The notes: generated by a model from the letters alone, not told the origin. A stretch of DNA of 64,000 nt from Rhodospirillales bacterium (GCA_947458025.1 CANHCJ010000002.1:6455-70454), one strand, 5' to 3'; shown: positions 40,258 to 52,716, numbered from the stretch's first letter. Numbers and translations: made by a program.

Positions 40258-40414
40258 GGTACGTTCTCCTTCCCACCATCCGGCCGTCCCGCCGGTCTAT
40301 CGACAGCCTAGCCGCCCCCCGGCACACGCGAAACCTCTTCCGTCTGGACGCGCCGCCCCGTTTGCCGCACGCTCCACCCAAAGCCGCGCGACAGCCGCGC
40401 CCCTGGAGGACGCC

Positions 40415-41659
40415 ATGAAGTTCACCTGGTTCAACCTGATGCCCTGGCCCCACCTGCCGGACGACTTCCGGGAGAAGAACCGCTCGGTCTGGGTCGATAT
40501 CGACCAGGCCCTGTTCGACCCCGCGCGCTGCCACGAGGTCTACAACGACTATCTCGACCTGCTCGAATACGCCGACCAGCTCGGCTTCGACGGCGTCGGC
40601 ATCAACGAGCACCACCAGAACGGCTACGGCCTGATGCCTTCGCCCAATATCATGGCCGCCTCGCTGGCCCGCCGCACCAGCAACGCCGCCGTGGTGGTGC
40701 TCGGCAACTCCATCGCCCTCTACAACCCGCCGATCCGGGTGGCCGAGGAATTCGCGATGCTCGACATCATGACCGGCGGGCGATTCGTCGCCGGCTTCCC
40801 GGTCGGCACCTCGATGGACACCAACTACTGCTACGGCACCATCCCCGGCCTCACCCGCGAGAAGTACGCCGAGGCGCACGAGCTGATCATCCGCGCCTGG
40901 ACCGAGAAGAAGCCCTTCGCCTTCAACGGCCGCTACACCAAGCTGCGCCACGTGAACCTCTGGCCCAACGTGCTGCAAACGCCGCACCCCCCCATTCACA
41001 TACCCGGCGGCGGTTCGGTTGAGACCTACGATTTCTGCCTCGACAACACCTACAGCTACTCCTACCTCAGCTTTTCAGGCTATCTGCGCGCCAAGGCCCT
41101 GATGGAGGGCTACTGGAACCGCGTCGGCCAACGCAATGCCGACCAGTCCCCCTACCGCGCCGGCTTCGCGCAAACCGTCTTCGTCGCTGAAACCGACGAG
41201 GAGGCGGAGCGTCTTTACTCCGAGCATGCCTTCTACTTCTACAACCGCTGCCTTCATGTCTATCCCGGCTTCGCCGACGCCCCTGGCTATCGCACCATCA
41301 AAACGATCCAATCCGGCGCGTTGAACCAATACATGCGCCCCAACTACCCCACCCTCACCTGGAAGGACCTGGTCGATGGCGGCTACATCATTGCGGGCTC
41401 GCCGGAAACCGTGCGCCAACGTTTCGAGGAACTGATCAAGGGCCTGCATGTCGGCAACATCTTCCTGCTGCTCCACGTCGGCAACATGCCCAAGGACAAG
41501 TGCATGTATTCCACGAAGCTCTTCGCCGAAAAGGTCATGCCCCACCTCCGCCATCTCTACCCGGAGCACGCCAGCGACAACCGCTTCTGGTGCAAGCCCA
41601 TCCCTCGTCGCGCCACCCCCGCGCCCGTCGGCCATGCTGAGATGGTCCCAGCCCAATGA
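40415..41659 (+). CDS. LLM-class (luciferase-like) flavin-dependent monooxygenase
   Basis: ATG 40415 follows GGAGGA. MKFTWFNLMPWPHLPDDF...GINEHHQNGYG is typical of this LLM subgroup. Confidence 0.75.
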   Translation: MKFTWFNLMPWPHLPDDFREKNRSVWVDIDQALFDPARCHEVYNDYLDLLEYADQLGFDGVGINEHHQNGYGLMPSPNIMAASLARRTSNAAVVVLGNSIALYNPPIRVAEEFAMLDIMTGGRFVAGFPVGTSMDTNYCYGTIPGLTREKYAEAHELIIRAWTEKKPFAFNGRYTKLRHVNLWPNVLQTPHPPIHIPGGGSVETYDFCLDNTYSYSYLSFSGYLRAKALMEGYWNRVGQRNADQSPYRAGFAQTVFVAETDEEAERLYSEHAFYFYNRCLHVYPGFADAPGYRTIKTIQSGALNQYMRPNYPTLTWKDLVDGGYIIAGSPETVRQRFEELIKGLHVGNIFLLLHVGNMPKDKCMYSTKLFAEKVMPHLRHLYPEHASDNRFWCKPIPRRATPAPVGHAEMVPAQ

Positions 41660-42435
41660 TCACCGCCCGCAAGATCGAAACCCGCGCCGCCGAGGTGAAC
41701 GTCCTCACCGGCGGCACCGGCCCCGACCTCCTCTTCCTCCACAACGCCGGCGGCGTCACCGCGGAGAACCCCTTCCTCCTCGCCCTCGCCTCAAAACACC
41801 GCGTCTTCGCTCCCCAGCTTCCCGGCTACGGTGACAGCGGCGACAGCGACAACATCCGCGACATGCTCGATGTCACGCTGCACAGCTTCGACGTGCTGGA
41901 GGCGCTGGGCCTCGACAAGCCCATCCTCGTCGGCCACTCGCTCGGCGGCATGATCGCCGCCGAGATGGCAGCCATTCGTCCGCGTGAAGTCGGGAAGCTC
42001 TGCCTCATCGCCTCCGCCGGCCTCTGGCTGGATGACTACCCGGTCCCAGACATCTTCACCCTTCTGCCGCGCGAGTTCCCCGCCTACATGTTCCACGACG
42101 CAGCCGCCGGCGCGAAGATGATGGCCACCGGCGGCAACATGAACGACCCCGCCTTCCTCATCCCCTTCCTGGTCACGAATGCCCGCCAACTCGGCATGGC
42201 CGGCAAGTTCCTCTTCCCCATCCCCGATCGGGGTCTCAAGGAACGCATCCATCGCATCCGCGCCAGGACCATCCTCGTCTGGGGCGATTCGGACCGGATC
42301 TTCCCCGCCCCCTACGCTCAGGCCTTCAAGGCACTCATCCAGGGTGCCGAACTGGTCAGCATCCCCGATGCCGGCCACCAGGTCGTGCTGGAACAGACCG
42401 ACGCCGTGATGGCCGCGATCGCGCGCCTCGGCTGA
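41656..42435 (+). CDS. Alpha/beta hydrolase (C-C hydrolase/esterase-like)
   Basis: GHSLGG nucleophile elbow and a C-terminal GH motif. ATGA overlap with the LLM gene. Confidence 0.8.
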   Translation: MITARKIETRAAEVNVLTGGTGPDLLFLHNAGGVTAENPFLLALASKHRVFAPQLPGYGDSGDSDNIRDMLDVTLHSFDVLEALGLDKPILVGHSLGGMIAAEMAAIRPREVGKLCLIASAGLWLDDYPVPDIFTLLPREFPAYMFHDAAAGAKMMATGGNMNDPAFLIPFLVTNARQLGMAGKFLFPIPDRGLKERIHRIRARTILVWGDSDRIFPAPYAQAFKALIQGAELVSIPDAGHQVVLEQTDAVMAAIARLG

Positions 42436-42474
42436 CCCTGTCGGCGTTTCGTTTTCTGCGCCTACCGCGTATCC

Positions 42475-42500
42475 TCCGGCCGGGCGCCCACCCGGCCGGA
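42475..42500 (+). other. GC-rich perfect hairpin in intergenic region (attenuator/terminator candidate)
   Basis: TCCGGCCGGG-cgccca-CCCGGCCGGA is a 10-bp stem 40 nt after the hydrolase stop. There is no clear downstream T-tract. Confidence 0.35.
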
Positions 42501-42538
42501 CTCCTGTTCGAGGCAGCGCCCCCGATGGAAAACCTGCG

Positions 42539-43594
42539 ATGACGGAAAGCTTGATCGAGGCCACCGCCGAACGCCTGTTCGGCGACCACATCTCCACCCG
42601 CCTGCTCGCCGCGGCGGAACAAGGAACATTCGCGGCCGAAGCCTGGCAGGCCGTCGAGGATGCCGGTCTCCCGCGCGGCCTGGTTCCGGAGGAAGCCGGC
42701 GGCTTCGGCATGCCCGCCGCCGAGGCGCTCGCCATCCTGCGCGTGGCCGGCCGCCACGTCGTCCCCCTGCCTCTGGCGGAAACCATGGCCGCCGGCTGGC
42801 TGCTCGCCGGTGCGGGGCTCGACATCCCTGACGGTCCGCTCACCATCGCCCCTGTGGTGAGGGGCGAGACCCTCTCCCTCACCCGCCGCGGCCAGGAATG
42901 GCATCTCGCCGGCACCGCCACTCGAATCCCCTGGGGCCGCGACGCGGTCGCCGTCGCGGTCCTCGCCGAGCACCAGGGCACCCCCATGGTCGCCCGGCTC
43001 GACCGCGACGGCTTCACAACCACCCCCGGCAGCAACCTCGCCCACGAGCCGCGCGACACGCTGCGCATCGATGCCGCCCTCGCCTCCGCCGCCGTCGCCC
43101 CCGCGGCCAGCGGCGTGGACGCCCAGACGCTGCGCGCCCTCGGGGCCACCATGCGCAGCCTGCAGATGGCCGGCGCCATGGCTTCCCTGCTCTCCATGTC
43201 CACCCAGTACGCGCTCGACCGCACCCAGTTCGGCAAGCCGATCGGGAAGTTCCAGGCGATCCAGCACAACCTCGCCATCCTCGGCTCCCACCAGGCCGCG
43301 GCCGGCGCCGCCGCCACCGGCGCCGCAGAGGCGGTCGGGGAAGGCATGCGCCTCTTCCCCATCGCGGTCGCCAAGATCCGCACCGGCGAGGCCGCCGGCC
43401 TCTGCGCCTCGCTCGCCCACCAGGTCCACGGCGCAATCGGCTTCACCTACGAGCACAGCCTGCACTACCGCACGCGCCGGCTGCTCTCCTGGCGCAACGA
43501 GTTCGGCAGCGAATCCGAATGGAGCCTTCTCCTCGGCCGCCATCTCGCCGCCGCCGGCCCCGACCGCCTCTGGCCCGAAATCACCTCCGCCTGA
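42539..43594 (+). CDS. Acyl-CoA dehydrogenase family protein (first gene of adjacent ACAD pair 2)
   Basis: 351 aa with QFGKPIGKFQAIQH and GAIGFTYEH motifs. It has no EGT-type C-terminal motif. Confidence 0.8.
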   Translation: MTESLIEATAERLFGDHISTRLLAAAEQGTFAAEAWQAVEDAGLPRGLVPEEAGGFGMPAAEALAILRVAGRHVVPLPLAETMAAGWLLAGAGLDIPDGPLTIAPVVRGETLSLTRRGQEWHLAGTATRIPWGRDAVAVAVLAEHQGTPMVARLDRDGFTTTPGSNLAHEPRDTLRIDAALASAAVAPAASGVDAQTLRALGATMRSLQMAGAMASLLSMSTQYALDRTQFGKPIGKFQAIQHNLAILGSHQAAAGAAATGAAEAVGEGMRLFPIAVAKIRTGEAAGLCASLAHQVHGAIGFTYEHSLHYRTRRLLSWRNEFGSESEWSLLLGRHLAAAGPDRLWPEITSA

Positions 43595-43611
43595 GCCGAC
43601 AGGAACACCAC

Positions 43612-44757
43612 ATGGTCGACCTTCCCTTCGCTCCCCCCCCGCCCTGCCCCGAGGCCGAAACCCTCCGCCAGGAGGTCCGCACCTTCCTGGCGGAGGCACT
43701 GGCTGACCGCACCCCAGCCCAGCGTGCCGAAAGCTGGCAGGGCCACGATCCCGAGTTCAGCCGCAAGGTCGGCGCCAAGGGCTGGATCGCCATGACCTGG
43801 CCCAAGCAGTACGGCGGGCACGAGCGCAGCGCGCTGGAGCGCTACGTGGTTCTGGAGGAGATGCTGGCCGCGGGCGCGCCGGTCTCCCACCACTGGATCG
43901 CCGATCGCCAGTCCGGGCCACTGATCCTGCGCGTGGGCACAGACGAACAGAAGGAGACCATCCTGCCCCGCATCGCCCGCGGCGAGGCGATGTTCTGCAT
44001 CGGCATGTCCGAGCCCGACAGCGGCTCCGACCTCGCGGCCACACGCACCCGCGCCACCCGCGTTCAGGGCGGCTACGTGGTGAACGGCACCAAGGTTTGG
44101 ACCTCCGGCGCCCACCAGGCCGACTACATGATCCTGTTCTGCCGCACCGGGGAAGGCCAGCGCCACGAGGGAACCAGCCAGCTCCTAGTCGACCTGCGCA
44201 ACACCTCCGGCCTGTCCATCCGCCCGATCCGCGCGCTCACCGGCGAACACCACTTCAACGAGGTGGTCTTCACCGACACCTTCCTTCCGGAGACCGCCCT
44301 TCTGGGCAAGGAGGGCGACGGCTGGAACCAAGTCACCAACGAATTGGCGTTGGAGCGCAGCGGCCCGGAGCGGTTCCTCTCCTCGTTCCTTGTCCTCACC
44401 GAAATGATGCGCGTGCTGGGCCCGGAGCCGGGGGAGCGCGCCGCCATCGCCATCGGCCGCCTCGCAGCCCACATCCACGCCCTGCGCCGCATGTCACGTT
44501 CCGTCGCCGGCATGCTCCAGGCCGGCGAGAACCCGGCACTCCAGGCCGCGCTGGTCAAGGAGCTCGGCAACTCGCTGGAGCAGGAGATCCCGGAGATCGC
44601 CCGCCTCCTGGTCGATTGCGAACCCAGCCTCGAATCCGACGACCGCTTCCTCGCCACCCTCTCCCTAATCACCCTGCATGCCCCCTCCTTCTCGCTGCGC
44701 GGCGGCACGCGCGAGATCCTGCGCGGCATGATCGCCCGCGGCCTTGGCCTCCGATAA
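43612..44757 (+). CDS. Acyl-CoA dehydrogenase (second gene of adjacent ACAD pair 2)
   Basis: MSEPDSGSDLA and KVWTSGA motifs. The C-terminal motif is LRGGTREI. Confidence 0.85.
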   Translation: MVDLPFAPPPPCPEAETLRQEVRTFLAEALADRTPAQRAESWQGHDPEFSRKVGAKGWIAMTWPKQYGGHERSALERYVVLEEMLAAGAPVSHHWIADRQSGPLILRVGTDEQKETILPRIARGEAMFCIGMSEPDSGSDLAATRTRATRVQGGYVVNGTKVWTSGAHQADYMILFCRTGEGQRHEGTSQLLVDLRNTSGLSIRPIRALTGEHHFNEVVFTDTFLPETALLGKEGDGWNQVTNELALERSGPERFLSSFLVLTEMMRVLGPEPGERAAIAIGRLAAHIHALRRMSRSVAGMLQAGENPALQAALVKELGNSLEQEIPEIARLLVDCEPSLESDDRFLATLSLITLHAPSFSLRGGTREILRGMIARGLGLR

Positions 44758-44773
44758 CCCGAAAGACCACGCC

Positions 44774-45577
44774 ATGACCGACAAGATCCTCTACGAGCTG
44801 GACGAGACTGGCATCGCCGTCCTCACCCTCAACCAGCCCGAGGCGCGCAATCCGCTCACCGACCAGGACTTCATCGACCGCTTCTGCGAACTCTGCGAGC
44901 AGATGCAGCACGACCCCGCCGTGCGCGTCGCCATCCTCACCGGTGCCGGCAGCGCCTTCTCCTCCGGCGGCAACGTCAAGCGCATGGCCGAGGCCGGCGA
45001 GGAACGCCGGACCAACCCGCTCGGCACCCGCGGCTATTACCGCAAAGGCATCCAGCGCCTCCCCCTCGCGCTCGAGAAACTCGACGTACCCATCATCGCC
45101 GCCGTCAACGGCCCGGCCATGGGCGCAGGCTGCGACCTCACTACCATGTGCGACATCCGCATTGCCGCCGAAAGCGCCCGCTTCGCCGAAAGCTTCGTCA
45201 AGCTCGGCCTTGTCGCCGGCGACGGCGGCTCCTGGCTCCTGCCCCGCGTCGTCGGCCTCTCCAAGGCCTACGAACTGGCACTCACCGGCGACACCATCGA
45301 CGCCCAGCAGGCCCTGGCCTGCGGCCTCGTCTCCCAGGTCGTGCCCGATGCCGAGCTGATGAACGCCGCACGCGCGCTGGCCAGGCGCATCGCAGCCAAC
45401 CCGCCCCAGGCCGTGCGCATGACCAAGCGCCTGATCCGCGAAGGCCAGCAGATCCGCCTCGACACGCTGCTGGAAATGGCCGCCTCCTTCCAGGCGCTGG
45501 TACACACCACCGCCGACCACCGCGAGGCCGCCACGGCCTTTGTCGAGAAGCGCAAGCCCATCTTCCGCGGCAGCTAG
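44774..45577 (+). CDS. Enoyl-CoA hydratase/isomerase (crotonase) family
   Basis: LTLNQPEARNPL, AAVNGPAMGAGCDL and AFVEKRKP motifs. Confidence 0.85.
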   Translation: MTDKILYELDETGIAVLTLNQPEARNPLTDQDFIDRFCELCEQMQHDPAVRVAILTGAGSAFSSGGNVKRMAEAGEERRTNPLGTRGYYRKGIQRLPLALEKLDVPIIAAVNGPAMGAGCDLTTMCDIRIAAESARFAESFVKLGLVAGDGGSWLLPRVVGLSKAYELALTGDTIDAQQALACGLVSQVVPDAELMNAARALARRIAANPPQAVRMTKRLIREGQQIRLDTLLEMAASFQALVHTTADHREAATAFVEKRKPIFRGS

Positions 45578-45581
45578 CGCC

Positions 45582-46460
45582 ATGGCGGAGACCATCGGCT
45601 TCATCGGCCTGGGCGTCATGGGCGAGCCCATGTGCCGCAACGTCGCCCAGCGCAGCGGCCGCCCGGTGATCGCCTACGATCTCGCGCCGGAGCCACTGGA
45701 GCGCCTCGCCGCCCATGGCGTCACCGCGGCCGGCAGCGTCGCCGCGGTGATGCGCGCTGCCGACATCGTCATGCTGGTCTTGCCCGGCGGCCCGCAACTG
45801 GAAGCGGTCTGCCGCGGCGCCGGCGGCCTGCTCGCCCATTCCCGCGCCGGCCAGACGGTGGTCGACCACGGCACCTCCCCGGTCGCCCTCACCCGCACGC
45901 TGGCGGCCGAGTTCGCAGCCCTCGGCGTCGCCTATGCCGATGCGCCCATCGCCCGCACCCGCCAAGCGGCAGAGGCCGGCACGCTCAGCATCATGGTGGG
46001 CACGAACGACACCACCATGGCGCGCATCCAGCCAATCCTCGCCTGCTGTGCCGACGAGATCACCCATTGCGGCCCCGTGGGCAGCGGCCAGGTCGTCAAG
46101 CTGATGAACAACATGGTGCTGTTCCAAACTGTAGCCGCATTGTGCGAGGCGCTGGCCATCGGCACCGCCGCCGGCGTCGACGGCAAGCTCCTCTTCGAAA
46201 CCCTCACCAAAGGCTCGGCAGACAGCTTCGCCCTGCGCAACCACGGTATGAAGGCGGTCCTGCCCGACACCTTCCCCGAACGCGCCTTCTCTACCGAATA
46301 CGCGCTAAAGGACCTCGCCTACGCGCTCGACCTCGCCGGACAGGCAGGGCTCGTGCCCAGGGGCGCCCACGCCGCCCGAGCCTATCTCAGCGAAGCCGCC
46401 GCAACCGGGCTCGGTAAGAACTACTGGCCAGCCATCAGCCGCGTCATCCGTCCGGCATAA
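45582..46460 (+). CDS. NAD(P)-dependent oxidoreductase, 3-hydroxyisobutyrate dehydrogenase family
   Basis: IGFIGLGVMGEPM Rossmann motif and a KLMNN motif. Confidence 0.8.
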   Translation: MAETIGFIGLGVMGEPMCRNVAQRSGRPVIAYDLAPEPLERLAAHGVTAAGSVAAVMRAADIVMLVLPGGPQLEAVCRGAGGLLAHSRAGQTVVDHGTSPVALTRTLAAEFAALGVAYADAPIARTRQAAEAGTLSIMVGTNDTTMARIQPILACCADEITHCGPVGSGQVVKLMNNMVLFQTVAALCEALAIGTAAGVDGKLLFETLTKGSADSFALRNHGMKAVLPDTFPERAFSTEYALKDLAYALDLAGQAGLVPRGAHAARAYLSEAAATGLGKNYWPAISRVIRPA

Positions 46461-46540
46461 CCCGCAGAGCCCGCCTGGACGCCCCCAGGTCCATCCCGTA
46501 ACCTGCCGCGAAGCTCACGCAGAAACGCCAGGAAACGCAA

Positions 46541-48658
<2,118 letters not shown>

Positions 48659-48696
48659 GACATCGGCAGACTTATTGCGCCCCTGAGGATCCTCCC

Positions 48697-49380
48697 ATGA
48701 TCGACAAGACCGTGCGCACCGTCGCCGAAGCCCTGCAAGGCATCCCCGACGGCGCGACGGTCCTCATGGGCGGCTTCGCCGGCACGGGCGAGCCGCGTCA
48801 CCTCCTCGCCGGCCTACTGGAACAGGGCGCGAAGGATCTCACCATCGTCGGCATCCACGCCGGTATGGCCGACGACGCGCTCGGCGCCCTCGTCGCCGCC
48901 GGCCGCGTCCGGAAGGCCATCGTCTCCTGGGCAAGAAGCCCCAGCGGCCCCATCCCCCTCGAACCGCTGCTCCGTGCCGGAAAGGCGGAACTGGAACTGG
49001 TGCCCCAGGGCACACTCGCAGAACGCATCCACGCCGCCGGCTCCGGCGTTCCCGCCTTCTTCACCGCCACCTCCGTTGGCACCCCTCTGGCCAACGGCAA
49101 GGAACATCGCGAAATCGACGGCCGCACCTACGTCCTGGAGAAAGCCATCTTCGCCGATGTCGCCCTTGTTGAAGCTTGGCAGGCCGACCGCTGGGGCAAC
49201 CTCACCTACCGCCGGGCCGGTCGCAACCTCAACGCGGTGATGGCCCCAGCTGCCAAACTGACGGTCGTGCAAACGCAACACCTGGTCGAGCTCGGCGAAA
49301 TCGACCCCGACCACATCGTCACGCCCAGCATCTATGTGCACCGCGTCGTGCACATCCCCTACGGCGACCCGCCGCTCTAG
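48697..49380 (+). CDS. 3-oxoacid CoA-transferase subunit A-like
   Basis: MIDKTV...GATVLMGGFAGTGEP and ELELVPQGTLAERI motifs. No subunit B gene follows. Confidence 0.75.
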   Translation: MIDKTVRTVAEALQGIPDGATVLMGGFAGTGEPRHLLAGLLEQGAKDLTIVGIHAGMADDALGALVAAGRVRKAIVSWARSPSGPIPLEPLLRAGKAELELVPQGTLAERIHAAGSGVPAFFTATSVGTPLANGKEHREIDGRTYVLEKAIFADVALVEAWQADRWGNLTYRRAGRNLNAVMAPAAKLTVVQTQHLVELGEIDPDHIVTPSIYVHRVVHIPYGDPPL

Positions 49381-49400
49381 GCAGCGGGCGGCCGCTCGGA

Positions 49401-50300
49401 TCAGGCGGCCTTGCGCAGTGAAACCCCCAAGCCTTCCAACCCGGCCCGGATCGCCGCCTGCCGCGCCGCATCCGGCATTGGCATCGGCGCCCGCGACAGA
49501 CCAGAGGGCACGCCCTGACAAGCCAGCGCATACTTCACGTTCGCAGGCAGGTTGTCCGCCGACAGCGCGTTCCACAGCACCAGCAGCCGCTCATGGAGCG
49601 CCTTGGCGGTCTTGTGGTCCCCCCGCTGCACCGCATCCCACAGCGCCACGTTGGCATGGGGCGACGCAGCCGGCAGCGCAGAGATCGTCCCCCGCGCCCC
49701 CAACGCGTAGGAGGGGTACAGCAGCGCATCGATCGCGGTGAAGATCAGGTCCTGCGGCCGCGCCTGCAGGATCAGGTCCGCCATCAGCTTCAGGTCACCG
49801 GAGCTCTGCTTCACCCCCACCACGCCAGGCACCTCGCGCATGATCCGCAGCAGCAGCGCCGGCGATAGATAGTTCCACGGTATCACATTGTAGATCAGGA
49901 TCGGCAGCCCCGTCCCTTCCGCCACTGCGCGGAAATGCTCCACCGTGGCTTCCTCGTCTGGCTTGAACAGGTAGTGCACCGGCGTCACCTGCAGCCCTAC
50001 AGCTCCCATCTCGCGCACCATCCGCCCGCGGATGATCGCCTCCTGGGTGGAGTTCACGATCAGCCCCGCCAGCAGCGGAAGCCGCCCGCGATTGGCCTTG
50101 GCAACGCTCTCGAACATCCGCCCGAAATCCTCGCGCTCGAACGTATGCCCCTCCCCGGTGCTCCCGCCCGGGATCAACCCGTGCACACCAGCGGAAATTT
50201 GGAACTCCACGCAATCCGCCAGCGCTGAATGCACCACGTTTCCCTGGGCATCGAACGGCGTGGCGATCGGCGGGATCACCCCGCGTAGATCCTGCAGCAT
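49401..50300 (-). CDS. Dihydrodipicolinate synthase/N-acetylneuraminate lyase (DapA) family class I aldolase
   Basis: The start MLQDLRGVIPPIATPF has GGGAGGGG upstream. GGSTGEG motif present. Confidence 0.8.
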   Translation of the reverse strand: MLQDLRGVIPPIATPFDAQGNVVHSALADCVEFQISAGVHGLIPGGSTGEGHTFEREDFGRMFESVAKANRGRLPLLAGLIVNSTQEAIIRGRMVREMGAVGLQVTPVHYLFKPDEEATVEHFRAVAEGTGLPILIYNVIPWNYLSPALLLRIMREVPGVVGVKQSSGDLKLMADLILQARPQDLIFTAIDALLYPSYALGARGTISALPAASPHANVALWDAVQRGDHKTAKALHERLLVLWNALSADNLPANVKYALACQGVPSGLSRAPMPMPDAARQAAIRAGLEGLGVSLRKAA

Positions 50301-50362
50301 CTTCGTTTCCCCTCCCTCTCGTTGTCGGGCGCGCCCAGCAGGGAGCGCGCCCGCCATGCCGA

Positions 50363-52711
50363 TTATGGTTCCAGCGTCGTAGTGCTTTCCAGCATCTTCT
50401 CGATCTCCACCCGATCCAGGCTCACCACGTGGTATTCGCCCTTGATGAACGGCTGGAACTGGTCGCGATAGTGCGGGCTTCCCGGCATGCCGGAATTGCC
50501 TATGTTCTGCACCGCCAGGAACCGCCGCGGCTCGGCGAAGTCGGCCACGATCCGATACTCCGCCCCGGAACTCGCCGCATGCGGCGGCAACTCACCACCG
50601 GTATTGCGCACCGTGTGCGAACCACCATCCAGAGGCGCAGGCCCGATATCGAAATCCGCCGCCACGTCCGGCCCACCCACGGGATGCTTCCAGTGGGCCA
50701 CGTGAACGGTCCCCCAGGTCCAGCCCTTCGGATCCGCCCCAAGCCGCCCGCGCAGCGTCGCCATGCTCGCCTTCGCCGCCGCCACCGCCGCGGCTTTCGT
50801 GCCCTCGGAGAAATACGCCATGTCCGGGTTTGCCAGCAGATGCACGCAGAGGTTGGTCTGCTGCATCGTCAGCCCGATCAGCCGCTTCGGGATATGCACC
50901 CCCAGCGTCGCCTCCTGGAAGTGGAACATGAACGTCTCGAACACCGTCGCCGACACGCTCTCCACGGTGTACATGCAGTCCCACCCGGAAAGAATGCCCG
51001 CCACCGCCTCGGCATCCGGATCCCCGCTGCCCTTCAGCAGCGAAACGATCCCCGGCGCGCTCCGCTCCGCCCGGATACTCTTCACGTCGTTCTGAAGTCG
51101 GATCGTATGATCCCGGTCCGCCTTCGCGCCGCTGAACGCCTGGTCGATCCGGATCCCCCGGTGCCCCTGCGAATACGCGCCATAGATCGGATACCTGTAG
51201 CCCGGCTCAACAATCCGCTGATTGGCACTCGCCACGAACCCGGTAGCAGGGTTGTAGCGGTTCGGCAGCCCATCGAACGGAATGTAGCCCGTCCAACGGT
51301 CCGCGGGATTGTTCGCATCACGAACACCCGCCGTCATTCGCCCGCGGATGGGCAGCCTACCGGCCATCTGGTACCCGGCATTGCCGCTGCTGTCGGCGTA
51401 CACCCAGTTGAACACCGCCACCGCCCAGTCGCGCAGCGCGTCGCGGAACTGCTCCCAGTTCTTCGCTCGGCCCACGTTGATCGAGGCGCGGATGTCGTTC
51501 AGATGTTCCGCCCCCACCCAGCGCAGCGACGTCACGGGGTCGCCCCCTTCAGCGATCTGCGGAATGATGGCGTTCACCACCGGCCCGCGCACGGTAGAGC
51601 GCACCACCAGCGCCCGCGTCGCCTCCCCCTTCACCGGGATCGAGACCACGCGCTCGTCAAACCGCCGCCAAGTATCCCCATCGCGATAGCGCGCAGGATC
51701 GGCCGCATCAACCTCCTCACGGTAGAGGTCGCGCGTCATCGCCATGTTATTGGTGATGGCAAAGGCAACCGCCCCATTGCTTCCCCACCACAGCCCCGGC
51801 ATGCCCACCGGCCCGGCTCCAGCCGCATCATCCTCCGGCCCATGCAGCCCATACTCATACCAGCTGGACGGAATCCAGAACGGCTGATGCGGATCCCCCG
51901 CCAGCAGCGCCTTGCCCCCGGCGGCCCGGCTGCCGGATACCGCCCAGTTGTTGGACCCGGTCGCGTCGTCCGTCCCGGCCCCCATCGGCTTCTGCGGCAC
52001 CACCTCCGGCCAGCCCGGCGGCGGCACCACCAGGTGCTCGGATGCCTCCGGCGTCAGGTAGATCTCCCGCAAAACCTCCGCCGGCAGGAACTTCGCCGCC
52101 TCCGCCGCCATGATCCGGTCCAGCCGTCCGTTCAGGCTCCACCAGAACCCGCGCGCGATCGCCACCACGTCGCTCACCGTGAACGGCGCCGGCGCATAGC
52201 CCAGCATCCGGAACTCCACCGGAAGATCGGCACCAAACCGCTCGATCGCCCGGTTGATCCCGCGCACGAACGCCGCCGTCTCCTCATAGGTCTTGCCATC
52301 CATCAGGGCCGGCTCCCGCTCGGCCATCAGGTCCAGCCCCACCGTCAGGTGTGCGGTGTCGCTTGCCACGAACGACGCCCCCAGAATCTCCGCCTGCCGT
52401 CCCAGCGCCCGCCGCCGCAGCCGGTCCATCTGCCACAGCCGGTCCTGTGCCATCGCGAAGCCGACGCCCAGGTACAGATCCGCCGTGCTCTTGGCGAACA
52501 CATGCGGAATGCCCGACGTGTCGCGCAGGATATCCACCTTCGCGCCAACGCCCGCCTTCAGCGTCTGGTCAGGCAGCGTCGCATGCCGCTTCAGCCACGC
52601 CGCCCGCGCCGCGGCGAACTCCGCCTCCGTCGCCCCTGCCGCCTTGCACACATCCGCCGCCGACCGCGCGCCCGTCAGCGCCGCCAGCACCGCCGCATCG
52701 TCTAAAGCCAT
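50363..52711 (-). CDS. Penicillin acylase (S45, Ntn-hydrolase) family protein, no recognisable signal peptide
   Basis: 782 aa. The autoprocessing/nucleophile site is TG-SNNWAVSG...LAGDPH. The N-terminus MALDDAAVLAALTGARSAADV... is not signal-like. Confidence 0.8.
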   Translation of the reverse strand: MALDDAAVLAALTGARSAADVCKAAGATEAEFAAARAAWLKRHATLPDQTLKAGVGAKVDILRDTSGIPHVFAKSTADLYLGVGFAMAQDRLWQMDRLRRRALGRQAEILGASFVASDTAHLTVGLDLMAEREPALMDGKTYEETAAFVRGINRAIERFGADLPVEFRMLGYAPAPFTVSDVVAIARGFWWSLNGRLDRIMAAEAAKFLPAEVLREIYLTPEASEHLVVPPPGWPEVVPQKPMGAGTDDATGSNNWAVSGSRAAGGKALLAGDPHQPFWIPSSWYEYGLHGPEDDAAGAGPVGMPGLWWGSNGAVAFAITNNMAMTRDLYREEVDAADPARYRDGDTWRRFDERVVSIPVKGEATRALVVRSTVRGPVVNAIIPQIAEGGDPVTSLRWVGAEHLNDIRASINVGRAKNWEQFRDALRDWAVAVFNWVYADSSGNAGYQMAGRLPIRGRMTAGVRDANNPADRWTGYIPFDGLPNRYNPATGFVASANQRIVEPGYRYPIYGAYSQGHRGIRIDQAFSGAKADRDHTIRLQNDVKSIRAERSAPGIVSLLKGSGDPDAEAVAGILSGWDCMYTVESVSATVFETFMFHFQEATLGVHIPKRLIGLTMQQTNLCVHLLANPDMAYFSEGTKAAAVAAAKASMATLRGRLGADPKGWTWGTVHVAHWKHPVGGPDVAADFDIGPAPLDGGSHTVRNTGGELPPHAASSGAEYRIVADFAEPRRFLAVQNIGNSGMPGSPHYRDQFQPFIKGEYHVVSLDRVEIEKMLESTTTLEP

Positions 52712-52716
52712 CTTTC

